IMG/VR virus record: IMGVR_UViG_3300005056_000001
Span: 186,001-250,000 of that record
Strand: one strand, 5' to 3'
DNA length: 64,000 nt
Part shown: positions 10,277 through 20,284 of the stretch, piece by piece
How positions within the stretch are numbered: the stretch's first letter is position 1
How the letters are laid out: every line of letters begins with the position of its first letter
Program-made: the position numbers and the translations under genes
The notes under the pieces: model-generated
Seen by the model: only the letters and a program-made list of their open reading frames with translations
What the model was told of the DNA's origin: nothing
Databases searched by the model: none

Positions 10277-11245
10277 CTAAAAAGGTAAAACAAACTCCTC
10301 ACTCCCCTTAATAAGGTTCTTATAAGATGTTCTAATGCCACAATTAGTAAGTAGGTAAGTCATTCGATCGGATTCTATTAAGTCCCTTGTGTTGTATCTG
10401 AATGCGCTTGCATCAACATACATTTGAAGATGTTTCTTAGAAACATGATGATAGATACCAATGATACTTCTCTTTAGCTGTGACCAAAATCCTTCGATAG
10501 TGTTTGTGTGTGCTTTACCAACAACGTATTCTCCTTTACCATGCTTAACGATTTCAACATTATAGGTAAATTTTATACCATTGTAGCCACTCCATTCGTC
10601 CGTGTATACATTCGCATCGCTAGAGATATTTTCTTCTACTAGTGGCGTGATTTCTTTGCTGCTTGTTCCTTCTGTAACCGCTGCCTTAACAATACCGCCA
10701 CGCTCTACCATACCAATAACCGCTACCTTATCTTTAGTGCTTCTACCTTGTGTTCCTTTGGTCTTTTTGTGTTCGTGCTTGTTCTTATTCTTTCCACCAA
10801 CGTAAGTTTCGTCTATCTCAACATCGCCTACCATTTGTGGGTTGTTACCATCAATAGTACCAAAACAAGCTCTTATTCTATGGAGCATGAACCATGCAGT
10901 TTTTTGAGTAACTTTAATGTCTTTACCTAGTTGAATAGAAGAGATTCCTTTTTTGTGAGATGTAACCAACCAAATACCAAGAAACCATTTTTGTAGACCG
11001 ATTTTGGTGTTGTCAAACATTGTTCCTGTTTTGACGTTAAAATACTTAGCAGTATTTTTGCACTTATAACGGTTCCCTTTACAATTATATACCTTAGAGT
11101 CGGCATCAAATGGAGATATTGGATTGTTGTTCCAACGAAGTGTTTCTAAATAATCTATACATAACTGCTCATTTGAGAAAGTAGTTAGTAGGTCTATTAT
11201 TGAGTTAAATTCTGTTCCTAATATCATAAGAGGTATATTTAGCAT
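10277..11245 (-). CDS. IS1595-family (ISXO2-like) DDE transposase
   Basis: VEIDETYVGG, VYTDEW and HTNTIEGFWS motifs; N-terminal Zn-ribbon remnant. Confidence 0.93.
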   Translation of the reverse strand: MLNIPLMILGTEFNSIIDLLTTFSNEQLCIDYLETLRWNNNPISPFDADSKVYNCKGNRYKCKNTAKYFNVKTGTMFDNTKIGLQKWFLGIWLVTSHKKGISSIQLGKDIKVTQKTAWFMLHRIRACFGTIDGNNPQMVGDVEIDETYVGGKNKNKHEHKKTKGTQGRSTKDKVAVIGMVERGGIVKAAVTEGTSSKEITPLVEENISSDANVYTDEWSGYNGIKFTYNVEIVKHGKGEYVVGKAHTNTIEGFWSQLKRSIIGIYHHVSKKHLQMYVDASAFRYNTRDLIESDRMTYLLTNCGIRTSYKNLIKGSEEFVLPF

Positions 11246-11499
11246 TCGGTTGAATACAAATATATGTCTTATTTTACACTAATACAAGTTTTGGTGTAAA
11301 AAGGTATGTAATTACCAAAAAAATAAAAGAAAAGACTCCCTTGTCTGCTGCCGAAAAGGCGTGTATTGCAGACTGTGATGTGTGTTATGTGGTGGACATA
11401 TACCTGTTGTATAGACTCGGGAGTAACGGAGAAGTCTTGGTGTATAGGAAAGGTTAAAAATGTTCTCAAGGATTAATTTGAAAATAATTGGCAAAAGTA

Positions 11500-11529
11500 A
11501 TTGGATTGCCTAAAATTATGTTATCTTTG
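11500..11529 (+). promoter_or_regulatory. Bacteroidota housekeeping-sigma-type promoter
   Basis: TATCTTTG (-7 box) at 11522-11529 with TTGG upstream. Confidence 0.6.
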
Positions 11530-11657
11530 AATTGCGGAATTAGGAGAGCCATTAAAGAACTCCAATAACGTCGAGAACAATCGACAGGTAACTTTTATCG
11601 GTTACGCTTAAACCAAAACACACTGTCACCATAGGGTGGCAGTGTCTTCTAGCAATT
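11530..11657 (+). ncRNA. candidate structured RNA / 5' leader
   Basis: Four consecutive hairpins inside a closing stem, directly after a promoter. Confidence 0.35.
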
Positions 11658-11681
11658 ACAAAAATAGACTCCCTATTCAAA

Positions 11682-12002
11682 ATGAATACGAACGGATTCA
11701 AAAAATCAAACTTTGTGCTGTGGTCAAAAATTGCTGTATATGCAAGTAATTCAGAACAAATACATGCAATACGAGGCGACAAGTCTTATATGAGCAAGAA
11801 AATGACAAAGCTACACAATATGTCCATGGACGGATATTTGGTGAAGTCAGAGTCTTGTTGGAATAAACAAAGCTTCCATTTTTTACCCACACAAAAATTT
11901 AAGGATGAATTCAAGGAAAAGTTCAAGGAACTGTCCAAGAAGTTTAGTCCTGATTTTTCGGACAAAATGCGTGAGCGAATATTTGCCTCGTATAAGTTCT
12001 AA
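11682..12002 (+). CDS. hypothetical protein
   Basis: 106-aa ORF. Confidence 0.65.
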   Translation: MNTNGFKKSNFVLWSKIAVYASNSEQIHAIRGDKSYMSKKMTKLHNMSMDGYLVKSESCWNKQSFHFLPTQKFKDEFKEKFKELSKKFSPDFSDKMRERIFASYKF

Positions 12003-12041
12003 CATGTACAAATTATTTTACAAAATTAATCGAAATAAATC

Positions 12042-12245
12042 ATGGCAATTTACTACAAAGTCTATCAAAATAAAGAATGTTTTGATGGTCACTCCTATAT
12101 AATCCCTTTGGATCAACTAGAAACCACGGCAGAAATATCAATCGAATCCGTTAACAATGGAGAGGATGAACTTCCTTGTGTTTTTGAGCCAATCGAAATG
12201 AGCAAGGAAGAATTTGACAACCTGCCCGAATTTGACGGCTTTTAA
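12042..12245 (+). CDS. hypothetical protein
   Basis: 67 aa, ends EMSKEEFDNLPEFDGF. Confidence 0.7.
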   Translation: MAIYYKVYQNKECFDGHSYIIPLDQLETTAEISIESVNNGEDELPCVFEPIEMSKEEFDNLPEFDGF

Positions 12246-12256
12246 TATAAATCATC

Positions 12257-12592
12257 ATGGAAACATTTTCTATTATACATGCCCAAGGACAATATTACCA
12301 AGGCGTAACGCTAACAGTAAAGGAAGGTCGTAAGCTGTTCAATACGAACAATATTGTACAAGACTTTTATGATGCCGTGATGGAATACTTGCAGCATTAT
12401 CGTGCCACCAATTTATTTGTGACCTATGCGGTGTCAGTGGACAAATGGATCGAGGACACGGGCATGGTAAGGCTACATATTTGTTTTGATGATCCAATCA
12501 GACTAAGTCCGACACAACAACAAGAAACCATATACTTCATTGCTCCATATTTTATGGACGTGAGTGGTTTTGAAAAATATCGTTCACAATAA
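12257..12592 (+). CDS. hypothetical protein
   Basis: ORF in a tightly packed run. Confidence 0.7.
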   Translation: METFSIIHAQGQYYQGVTLTVKEGRKLFNTNNIVQDFYDAVMEYLQHYRATNLFVTYAVSVDKWIEDTGMVRLHICFDDPIRLSPTQQQETIYFIAPYFMDVSGFEKYRSQ

Positions 12593-12603
12593 ATATAAAT
12601 ATT

Positions 12604-12918
12604 ATGTATGCAACACCATTTGAATTGTGTAAACACCATCCCATACTTGTAGTAGAGAACTATTGCAAAATAGAAAAGGATTGTATGATACTGTCAGATA
12701 AGGAACTATTTCCTTTCAAAAAAGACAGCAAGGTATACCAAATAAAGTTTGTGTATCCTGCGGGGAATTTTGATGTTTGGAATTTTGATGCCCACAGAAG
12801 TAATATTTCGGTGGTTGATGTCTATAAATTCGAGAGTGAAGAAGTTGCCCTCAAAACAAGAGACGAACAATTTTCAATAATTATGGGCAATATTGCCCGT
12901 GGTACCGACAGACTATAA
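12604..12918 (+). CDS. hypothetical protein
   Basis: ORF in a tightly packed run. Confidence 0.65.
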   Translation: MYATPFELCKHHPILVVENYCKIEKDCMILSDKELFPFKKDSKVYQIKFVYPAGNFDVWNFDAHRSNISVVDVYKFESEEVALKTRDEQFSIIMGNIARGTDRL

Positions 12919-12920
12919 TC

Positions 12921-13319
12921 ATGAAAGAAACATACACAAAGGAAGAGGTTATCCAACTCCTCACAATAGAGCGTGAACGTGCAAGGGAAATATGTTACGA
13001 TGCTCGTGCAAGAACCGAAAAGAAGGCTGCCACGTTTAGTAGAATCAATTGTGACGAAATGGATTGGAAATGCAAGGAAGTCGGTGAAGCCCTAAGAATC
13101 ACAGGCAATCATATTAGTGGCGGGGATGCTCTTGGTGCCGTATTGGGAGAAACAGTAAGAGACCGTATCGAAGTTGTTTTGAATGGCTACAACCATTCAT
13201 TGGGCGATACCGTATCAAAAACAGTCAATGGGGTAACAGTCACAGGCAAAATAATCCAATACAACCACCACGGAAAATATATTGTACAGTGGTCTGACGA
13301 CACAAAAACAGACTATTAA
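12921..13319 (+). CDS. hypothetical protein
   Basis: ORF in a tightly packed run. Confidence 0.7.
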   Translation: MKETYTKEEVIQLLTIERERAREICYDARARTEKKAATFSRINCDEMDWKCKEVGEALRITGNHISGGDALGAVLGETVRDRIEVVLNGYNHSLGDTVSKTVNGVTVTGKIIQYNHHGKYIVQWSDDTKTDY

Positions 13320-13762
13320 TGAACCCAAAACAACTATTCGAGGCATTCTTTTTCAACCACAAGCTATCCGAATGGGAGGCCATAGACGCAGAAATAAAAG
13401 GACAAATGTTTAATTACATCATATCTGCATGTATAAAAAAAGACCTCAAACTTGCCTCCAAGCTTATGAGGATGGCACACAACGTGCCAAAAGGTGTGTG
13501 CCGTGAACATCATAGGGCATTTATCCTAGACCGCTACAGGGCTAATTTTGTGACAAACAAACGAAGTCTGTACAATATCAGCTTCTTTGTGTTCCCAAAG
13601 AAAATAAAAGAAACCGAGATAAATACGGCAGCCATCGAGTTTGGTCTTAGAACGATAGGCAAGTCCGACGAGCTCCAAGAATTTTTGAGGGGAAAGATGG
13701 ACAAGAAGTTTGTAAAGTGGTGCGAGACAGAGTACAAGCGGAATAAGAAATATATTGGATAA
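13319..13762 (+). CDS. hypothetical protein
   Basis: Stop-start overlap with the upstream gene. Confidence 0.7.
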   Translation: MNPKQLFEAFFFNHKLSEWEAIDAEIKGQMFNYIISACIKKDLKLASKLMRMAHNVPKGVCREHHRAFILDRYRANFVTNKRSLYNISFFVFPKKIKETEINTAAIEFGLRTIGKSDELQEFLRGKMDKKFVKWCETEYKRNKKYIG

Positions 13763-13806
13763 TATATCCGTTATTATAGGACTAGATCACCACCAAAATA
13801 CATGAA

Positions 13807-14709
13807 ATGGAATACCAAACAGTAATACTAGCAGTTGTTATAGTGTACCTTATAAAAAAATACCTCAAGCGGCGTGCTATCAAAAAGTCGTTGGACGAGG
13901 ACTATAAGGCGGCTAAATATGACATTGACAATCCGTCTACAACGGACACACAAGAGGGAAATAACGAAACAAAGCCCACCTTTTGCTTACGTATGAACAT
14001 GTTTTATCCAAGGCCCAAGAGTTCCGTATTGATAGGCAGTAGTCAGGGACTTAAGATAAGGCTAGAAAACGGTGACACATTTTCGTATGACGAATGGAAT
14101 CATTATGTTAGAATAGAAAAAGGGATTATGAAGGATCCTAATAGGTTGCATTACAAATCACTGCTCGATGGTGGGGTTATAATACCCGAGGATGCAATAG
14201 ACACAAAAATAGCCTTGGCGACTACAATGGAGGCAGAGGATCAGTATCAATATACATTGTCCAAACTTGATAATGGGTACGGAAGTATTGACCCACAAGA
14301 CTTGGTTGGTTTTGAACAGCCCGACCCTCAAGAATTGGAGCGTTTGGCACATACTACTCTACAAACCTCGATTTTTAGAGACAGTGTTAATTGGGCTAAA
14401 CTTGATGATGCCACTCATGTCATAAAATTCAACCTACCCTATGATGAACAATCGCCCCTTTTGTCAAAGGATGATAGGATTGAGATACCCACAGATTTTG
14501 TGGATAATTTCCATGAGTACATATCAGGCTGTCAGCACCTAGAAGAGGTTGTGGGATTATGTCGGAGTCAAAGCGAGTTTTCGAAGGTGATACAACAGGC
14601 CGCAAAAAGGTCAACCATAGCGGATGAGCTACGCATACTAGAACAGGTAGGCGAACTAACATATGCAAAAACCATTCAAGAGATTTATAAACTCGTCAAA
14701 AAAGATTGA
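13807..14709 (+). CDS. hypothetical protein with N-terminal membrane anchor
   Basis: VILAVVIVYLI followed by a basic patch. Confidence 0.7.
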   Translation: MEYQTVILAVVIVYLIKKYLKRRAIKKSLDEDYKAAKYDIDNPSTTDTQEGNNETKPTFCLRMNMFYPRPKSSVLIGSSQGLKIRLENGDTFSYDEWNHYVRIEKGIMKDPNRLHYKSLLDGGVIIPEDAIDTKIALATTMEAEDQYQYTLSKLDNGYGSIDPQDLVGFEQPDPQELERLAHTTLQTSIFRDSVNWAKLDDATHVIKFNLPYDEQSPLLSKDDRIEIPTDFVDNFHEYISGCQHLEEVVGLCRSQSEFSKVIQQAAKRSTIADELRILEQVGELTYAKTIQEIYKLVKKD

Positions 14710-14710
14710 C

Positions 14711-14875
14711 ATGACACACAAGGAAAATATACTATTGTTGACAATTGCGGTTTTTATATCTATCAATTTTTTCGATTTTAATATTTGGATATTGATCGGT
14801 AATGTTATTGGTATTGTTATTATCAATACAGGATTGTTTTGTCGGTTAAAAAATATCACACAACGAACACCATAA
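14711..14875 (+). CDS. small membrane protein
   Basis: 54 aa with two hydrophobic segments. Confidence 0.55.
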   Translation: MTHKENILLLTIAVFISINFFDFNIWILIGNVIGIVIINTGLFCRLKNITQRTP

Positions 14876-14885
14876 TCAAAAAAGA

Positions 14886-15530
14886 ATGACATACGAAGAA
14901 TTATACAAGCTAGAAGTTAATAACCGTGTCTACCATAACAACCACAATGTGGTATGTGTTGTAGACACAATTATCAAGGACTCAGAAACCAAGGAAGTGC
15001 GGATGGTTCAACTTGTTCAGGTTGACGGTGATGGGTGTATAGAATATATTAATAACTCCACACTGAGTGTTTGGAATCTATTCCCCATAATAGAAAGAAA
15101 AATGCAATGTATGGTGTATTATTCGTCATGTCATGACAACGTGGATATCAAAACCTGCATGACACTGCCCGTGGTTTGGGATGATGGCTGTGTCGAGAAA
15201 ATACGTGCATGGGTCGAGGGTGAGAATCCATTGATAAAATGGGACATGAAGAATGTTCAGATTAGAGGTCTTCGAATGTCACCAAAAAATTGGGAAATTT
15301 ACAGCATAGAAAATACTCCACCAAAGAAACCCACCAAAAATTTGTCTGTAACTATCAACCTTGAAATAACGGCACACGAATTTGGTGATAATGTGCAAGA
15401 AAGTCTAAGGTATGAAATTCATAGACTACTAAGCGATTTCACTTTTGTCAACGAGGAGCACAGCGGGTCTTACCAAGTCGAACTAGACACAGTAGGCCCT
15501 CCTGACGATATTTACATAAACGAAAACTAA
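14886..15530 (+). CDS. hypothetical protein (paralog family A)
   Basis: N-terminus MTYEELYKLEV..RVYH resembles the 16382 and 17037 ORFs. Confidence 0.7.
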   Translation: MTYEELYKLEVNNRVYHNNHNVVCVVDTIIKDSETKEVRMVQLVQVDGDGCIEYINNSTLSVWNLFPIIERKMQCMVYYSSCHDNVDIKTCMTLPVVWDDGCVEKIRAWVEGENPLIKWDMKNVQIRGLRMSPKNWEIYSIENTPPKKPTKNLSVTINLEITAHEFGDNVQESLRYEIHRLLSDFTFVNEEHSGSYQVELDTVGPPDDIYINEN

Positions 15531-15534
15531 CAAT

Positions 15535-15975
15535 ATGTGCAACCTACAAGACCACGACACAATAACACTATTTGACGGTTCCAAAAGGAAGTCTAAATGT
15601 TATGTATTTGTGGCAAACATATTGGGACTCAAGGAAGGCGACACGATACCACAGCATTTAACAAAAGACAACACCGAATGGGATTTGAATATTGCCTATG
15701 GGCGAAATTGTATGGAGCAAGGATTGATACCGCATGATCACTCCTTGGTCAAGGACAACCCGAATACGGCCAAGGTTCCGTTTGTTTTACACGAAAAATG
15801 TCCTTTTTGCGACCAACCAAAATTGAATGTTGTTTTTAGATGCAAACTTCCTGAATATCCAAAGTTGGGCCTGTGGTATGTTGATTGTTTTAAGGAAGAC
15901 TGTCAGCAAGGAATATTGTATTTTAGGACTATTGACGAATTGAACAAGTATTACAAGTATTATCCGTATAATTAA
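15535..15975 (+). CDS. hypothetical protein with CxxC zinc ribbon
   Basis: CPFC...CFKEDC. Confidence 0.65.
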   Translation: MCNLQDHDTITLFDGSKRKSKCYVFVANILGLKEGDTIPQHLTKDNTEWDLNIAYGRNCMEQGLIPHDHSLVKDNPNTAKVPFVLHEKCPFCDQPKLNVVFRCKLPEYPKLGLWYVDCFKEDCQQGILYFRTIDELNKYYKYYPYN

Positions 15976-15979
15976 AATA

Positions 15980-16378
15980 ATGAGAAAGAAACAAAAGGCA
16001 TATTCAGTCATGAGCCGTGGAACGATTGATGAAAATGGAACAATAACGAATATAGAATATGTCAGAACTGATCGTGTTATTCTTTGGACAATGCTCAAAA
16101 ACGTGTCGGAATTAAAGACCCTGTATAAAACAGAGACGTGTACCACGCAGAAGTTCCCCAACATCCCACATCGTCCACGTTGGGTTAATTTTTTGTATGC
16201 AAAATACAAAAGGTTTTTTTGGTTAGCCTGTCCACATTGCCTCACAAAATTTGGGGGACACGAATGGTACGGCTCAGACGAGAACACAAACAAGGCAATA
16301 TGTCCCGAGTGTACCCTTAAAATATATAACCAAACAGGAGATTTTAACATCGAAAAACATAACAAAATAAAACCATAA
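15980..16378 (+). CDS. hypothetical protein with CxxC zinc ribbon
   Basis: CPHC...CPEC. Confidence 0.65.
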   Translation: MRKKQKAYSVMSRGTIDENGTITNIEYVRTDRVILWTMLKNVSELKTLYKTETCTTQKFPNIPHRPRWVNFLYAKYKRFFWLACPHCLTKFGGHEWYGSDENTNKAICPECTLKIYNQTGDFNIEKHNKIKP

Positions 16379-16381
16379 ATC

Positions 16382-17047
16382 ATGACATACAAAGAATTGT
16401 ACATGCTCCAAGTGGGCAGTCTTATTTACAAAGAAGGCACGAATAAGATATTTAATGTCACCGAATTCCATACGATAGGTGATATTGAGGAAATCGAACG
16501 TGTAAGTATGGAGTCGGGCAGCAATTCAGAACCATTATTCTTTAGGGTTCGTCTGAATAGACTGAGCGAATGGAAAATATTCGATCCACTAGACGGGCTT
16601 ATGTTGGTCAAGTTTATTGTTAACCAAAAAACTACTCCTATTGTTGTCTATAAAACCTTTAATATCAAAACCTCCCAATCCGAACTTCAGGCGTATTCTT
16701 TACATCTTCATACAAAGCATTGGATGGACATTAGCGATATCTATGCGGAACATGACTACTATCCTGTACTAGAGGAAGATCCTGTATTCGAGGAAAGCAA
16801 TCCTGTTGCTCCACAAAAAAAGACATCGGAACGGGTTAAAATGTCCATGGAATTTAGTATAAGTGGATACCTTGACGACTATGCCCTTGATAAATTCAGG
16901 TTTGCGATCGGAGATGTGCTCCAAAAATTTACGCATAGTTATACAGACGAGCGTGACAACAAAGAAAAACAATTAGAAATAAATCGAACATCCACTTGGG
17001 AGGGTATTAATGCCAAGTTCGTAAAAACAAATAATTATGACCAATGA
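16382..17047 (+). CDS. hypothetical protein (paralog family A)
   Basis: MTYKELYMLQVGSLIYK. Confidence 0.7.
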   Translation: MTYKELYMLQVGSLIYKEGTNKIFNVTEFHTIGDIEEIERVSMESGSNSEPLFFRVRLNRLSEWKIFDPLDGLMLVKFIVNQKTTPIVVYKTFNIKTSQSELQAYSLHLHTKHWMDISDIYAEHDYYPVLEEDPVFEESNPVAPQKKTSERVKMSMEFSISGYLDDYALDKFRFAIGDVLQKFTHSYTDERDNKEKQLEINRTSTWEGINAKFVKTNNYDQ

Positions 17048-17441
17048 AGTATGGGATTATTTAAAAGGAGGAGATTTGATTTATCATAAAGACGAGGGTG
17101 TTTTACATCGTGTGATATCAAAAACAGGATGTGACAATAGTAACTCATACCAAGAGGTTTTGATGTTACAATTTGAGTATGGTACGAAATACACTAGCAC
17201 AGATATATCAATTTCGGATGTAGATAATTGGGAGATGAACATTAGTACAGACATGCTTAAAGTTACGATAGAATCATTGTCTAAATATACTGAAATATTG
17301 TCTTCACATTTTATTAAAATGTCAACGGATAGCAGTGTTCAAGACCTATACAAAATATTGAGCGATTGTCGTGAGGCTCAATCAAAAATGCCATACTATT
17401 ATAAGGTCGATAGTATGATCGTCACGGCTTTGTGTAATTAG
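17037..17441 (+). CDS. hypothetical protein (paralog family A, weak)
   Basis: LKGGDLIYHK. Confidence 0.65.
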   Translation: MTNEVWDYLKGGDLIYHKDEGVLHRVISKTGCDNSNSYQEVLMLQFEYGTKYTSTDISISDVDNWEMNISTDMLKVTIESLSKYTEILSSHFIKMSTDSSVQDLYKILSDCREAQSKMPYYYKVDSMIVTALCN

Positions 17442-17500
17442 TATAAATGAATATCATAGAAACCATTAAGCAATACAGGACTTAATAAGTAACAGAAAAT

Positions 17501-18091
17501 ATGGAAAATAAAAGGTTGAATAAAAAATTAACGGAAATAGAGCGTAAAAATACGATTGATTGGTTTGATATTGAATCAAACCTTGAATCTAATGCAGATA
17601 CTAGTATTGGCGAAAAGTTTTTATTACTAGAATCCGATAATTTTTATGATTTTTTTTCGAAAGACACGGAAGGGTATGTATTTTATCATAACCTCAGCCA
17701 CATGGGCGAGACCGAAACAATCGAGGATTCTAAGATATTATTATGTAATTTACTCAAGTCTTGGTTTTGGGGCGCATTTGCTGTTGTAATTCATAAAATT
17801 GATACTATGACAGTAAGGTTTAAAGAAAACACCTACCGTGCATTCTGTGCCTACGGATCAGAATCTAAAGAACAAGAATATCTACATTTTTTGGAGGTTT
17901 ATAAAGGCGACGGGTATGTTCAGAACATTATCAACATTTCAGACGAGCGTAATAGTGTTGTTTATGAGATGGTTGACAGTATGGGCACGTACTTTAGACC
18001 CTGTGAGTATCCAAATCTGTTGGGACACAAGAAAATTGAGGACTGTATGACCGCCATATGGTCGGGTGATTACGATAAACAATTACACTAA
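17501..18091 (+). CDS. hypothetical protein
   Basis: 196-aa ORF. Confidence 0.7.
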   Translation: MENKRLNKKLTEIERKNTIDWFDIESNLESNADTSIGEKFLLLESDNFYDFFSKDTEGYVFYHNLSHMGETETIEDSKILLCNLLKSWFWGAFAVVIHKIDTMTVRFKENTYRAFCAYGSESKEQEYLHFLEVYKGDGYVQNIINISDERNSVVYEMVDSMGTYFRPCEYPNLLGHKKIEDCMTAIWSGDYDKQLH

Positions 18092-18094
18092 CAT

Positions 18095-18130
18095 AACAAA
18101 AAAGGCTTCCAATCGGAAGCCTTTTTTGTT
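18095..18130. terminator. bidirectional terminator
   Basis: AACAAAAAAGGCTTCC / GGAAGCCTTTTTTGTT between convergent genes. Confidence 0.85.
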
Positions 18131-18131
18131 T

Positions 18132-19598
18132 TTAAGGAGTTGCTATACTGTCCCATTTTTCTGTGGAAATATTCCATTTATAATATTGGCCGTTGTATTC
18201 GCCGATTAAGTTGGCCGTGTCGATCATGGTTGGCAAAAATGTTCTTGATGACACGATTGCATTGACCGTCACGTCACCTGTGGCATTGGCAAGGGCATTG
18301 TTTACCGTGGCAAATAGACTGAATAACTCTTCGTTTGTTATTCGAATGTCGTTGGTGCCTGCCTGCCATGACTTGAGCCTTTGAATATCGTCTGCCATGG
18401 ATGATATCTCATCAATCCTGTTTTGGAGCTCCTGATAGTTTCCTATGGCACTTGTTAGGTTTACAATGGTTTCTTGTAGGGCTCTCCAATCTCTTTCTAT
18501 GGTGTTAACCTTGTCTAGTGTCAGATTTAACTTGTCGGCAACATCTAGCCATTGATTGAATGCAAAATCGGTTGTGGTTGTGGTGCTAATATTAAAGGTT
18601 CCTGCACTAAATCCTATGTTCATTTTGAAATTGAACGAATTCCCTGACTGAACATTGTCGGGTTGGTATTTTGTAAGGGTTGGTATTGTTGATACACCAC
18701 CAATGGCAGTGTTAAAGTTTTCGATTAGATGTAGACCCCATGCATTGATCCTGTTTGTGTTGTTACCCGACTTGTCTGTGGCCGTGTAGTACAGGATTAT
18801 TGCATTAAATTCGAAGTCGCCTTGTTTATGATTGGCAGTGTCTTCTAACACAAAATCAAAGTCAATTCCTAGGTCTGTTAGGTCATTCCCGACTTCATAT
18901 TCGTTTCCTCCTGTGTCGTAGATTGCCTCTACCTGTTCGCTGCCCGCAAATGAGTCCAAGCCATTGGAATATTGTCCGCCGCCGCCCTGTGGTATTAAAC
19001 CGCTCGAATGTGTGTTGTGTGGCTTGGGTATAAACTGTACATCGGTCATTAGACCGTCCTCGGTTGGTATGTGCAAATATACCTCTACATATTCATTGCC
19101 GTCGTTGTCCTTTCGGTGATTTACTAGGTTTGTTTCTCCTACATACTTGACCACCTGTTCATAGTTTGGTTGTGCCACGTCTTCTTTGTAAAGGCTGTGT
19201 GTGTTGCCGTCAATCACGGTGGATCCGTCCACAACAAAGTCTATGGCGTCCAACCTGCGCAACATCTTGAAGAGTGCCTGTTCTGCATAGGTTCCTAGCC
19301 CGTTATCCGTTTTCTCGAAATCGCTATTGGACAAACAATTCTCTAAATAGTTCTGAATAACCTTTGGGAATACAATATTCGGGTCGGTTATGGCAGGAAC
19401 GAAAAAACTCCCATCAAAAAAAGTTGATTGGTCTGTTGTGTCTTCCCAATCAGGAATTTTAATCAGGGCAAAGTGGCTTGGTACAATTGTTACGTCACTA
19501 TTCGACAGCAAATATGCAAAATCGTTTGTGGTTGTTGCAAACGTTTGGAGCGTTCCGCCTTTTGATCGCAACTCGTCTAATAAAGGAGTATTTCTCAT
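18132..19598 (-). CDS. probable virion structural protein
   Basis: 488 aa, beta-rich with a C-terminal coiled coil; in a GTACATA-preceded unit. Confidence 0.6.
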   Translation of the reverse strand: MRNTPLLDELRSKGGTLQTFATTTNDFAYLLSNSDVTIVPSHFALIKIPDWEDTTDQSTFFDGSFFVPAITDPNIVFPKVIQNYLENCLSNSDFEKTDNGLGTYAEQALFKMLRRLDAIDFVVDGSTVIDGNTHSLYKEDVAQPNYEQVVKYVGETNLVNHRKDNDGNEYVEVYLHIPTEDGLMTDVQFIPKPHNTHSSGLIPQGGGGQYSNGLDSFAGSEQVEAIYDTGGNEYEVGNDLTDLGIDFDFVLEDTANHKQGDFEFNAIILYYTATDKSGNNTNRINAWGLHLIENFNTAIGGVSTIPTLTKYQPDNVQSGNSFNFKMNIGFSAGTFNISTTTTTDFAFNQWLDVADKLNLTLDKVNTIERDWRALQETIVNLTSAIGNYQELQNRIDEISSMADDIQRLKSWQAGTNDIRITNEELFSLFATVNNALANATGDVTVNAIVSSRTFLPTMIDTANLIGEYNGQYYKWNISTEKWDSIATP

Positions 19599-19611
19599 TG
19601 TATTTTATGGC

Positions 19612-20070
19612 TTAGGACTTGTTGTTTAATATGACCAACTTTAAATTTGCAGGGTAAATAACAGGCATTGTAATGGACATGTTTGTGGTGGTATTTTGGT
19701 CAACCTGTATGTCCAAGTTCTCGGTCACAATCTTTCCGTCAAAATCGACTATTTGAAACACGGCATCCACCAAATCCGTGATGTGGATGACACTAAACAC
19801 AAGCGCATTTTTGGTGACCGATGTTCCGTCCGACAATATTTCGGGTGTGGCATCAGGCAGGGTAACATCAAGCGGGTAACTATAAAGTTTTAGCTCTGAG
19901 GTTGCGGGTGTGATTGTATTGATTGAATTTTCCAATATCAAGATGCATGCAACAACATCGGCTCCCCAAGCCGACAGTGTGTCCATATTTATACCATGCG
20001 CACTATTTAGTGTGGCAACATCTTTTGATAGCGGTAATTTTATTAGTTCTAGTACGGCTGTTATTGGCAT
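19612..20070 (-). CDS. probable virion/late protein
   Basis: GTACATA on the minus strand at 20111-20117; co-directional with 18132-19598. Confidence 0.55.
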   Translation of the reverse strand: MPITAVLELIKLPLSKDVATLNSAHGINMDTLSAWGADVVACILILENSINTITPATSELKLYSYPLDVTLPDATPEILSDGTSVTKNALVFSVIHITDLVDAVFQIVDFDGKIVTENLDIQVDQNTTTNMSITMPVIYPANLKLVILNNKS

Positions 20071-20182
20071 TGGGTATATATTTTAAATACTTGTACATAT
20101 TTCTTTTGTTTATGTACAAGTTTCTTTGTATTATCGAAAATTTTAAATATCTTGGTGATTTACTAATCAAAACAACAAAGAA

Positions 20183-20284
20183 ATGAAAACATTAATATTT
20201 TTTGCGCTAATTTTTGTTTGTGTGGCCTTCTTTTATGTATCGGATCAAATGACTCAGAAGTCAAAAGATAAAAACAAACACTAG
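20183..20284 (+). CDS. 33-aa single-pass membrane peptide (not in the ORF track)
   Basis: MKTLIFFALIFVCVAFFYVSDQMTQKSKDKNKH; A-rich start context; fills the intergenic gap. Confidence 0.45.
   Translation: MKTLIFFALIFVCVAFFYVSDQMTQKSKDKNKH

Noticed and set aside
11530-11657. tRNA gene
   Set aside because: No GTTCRA T-loop or canonical cloverleaf spacing; kept only as a candidate structured RNA.
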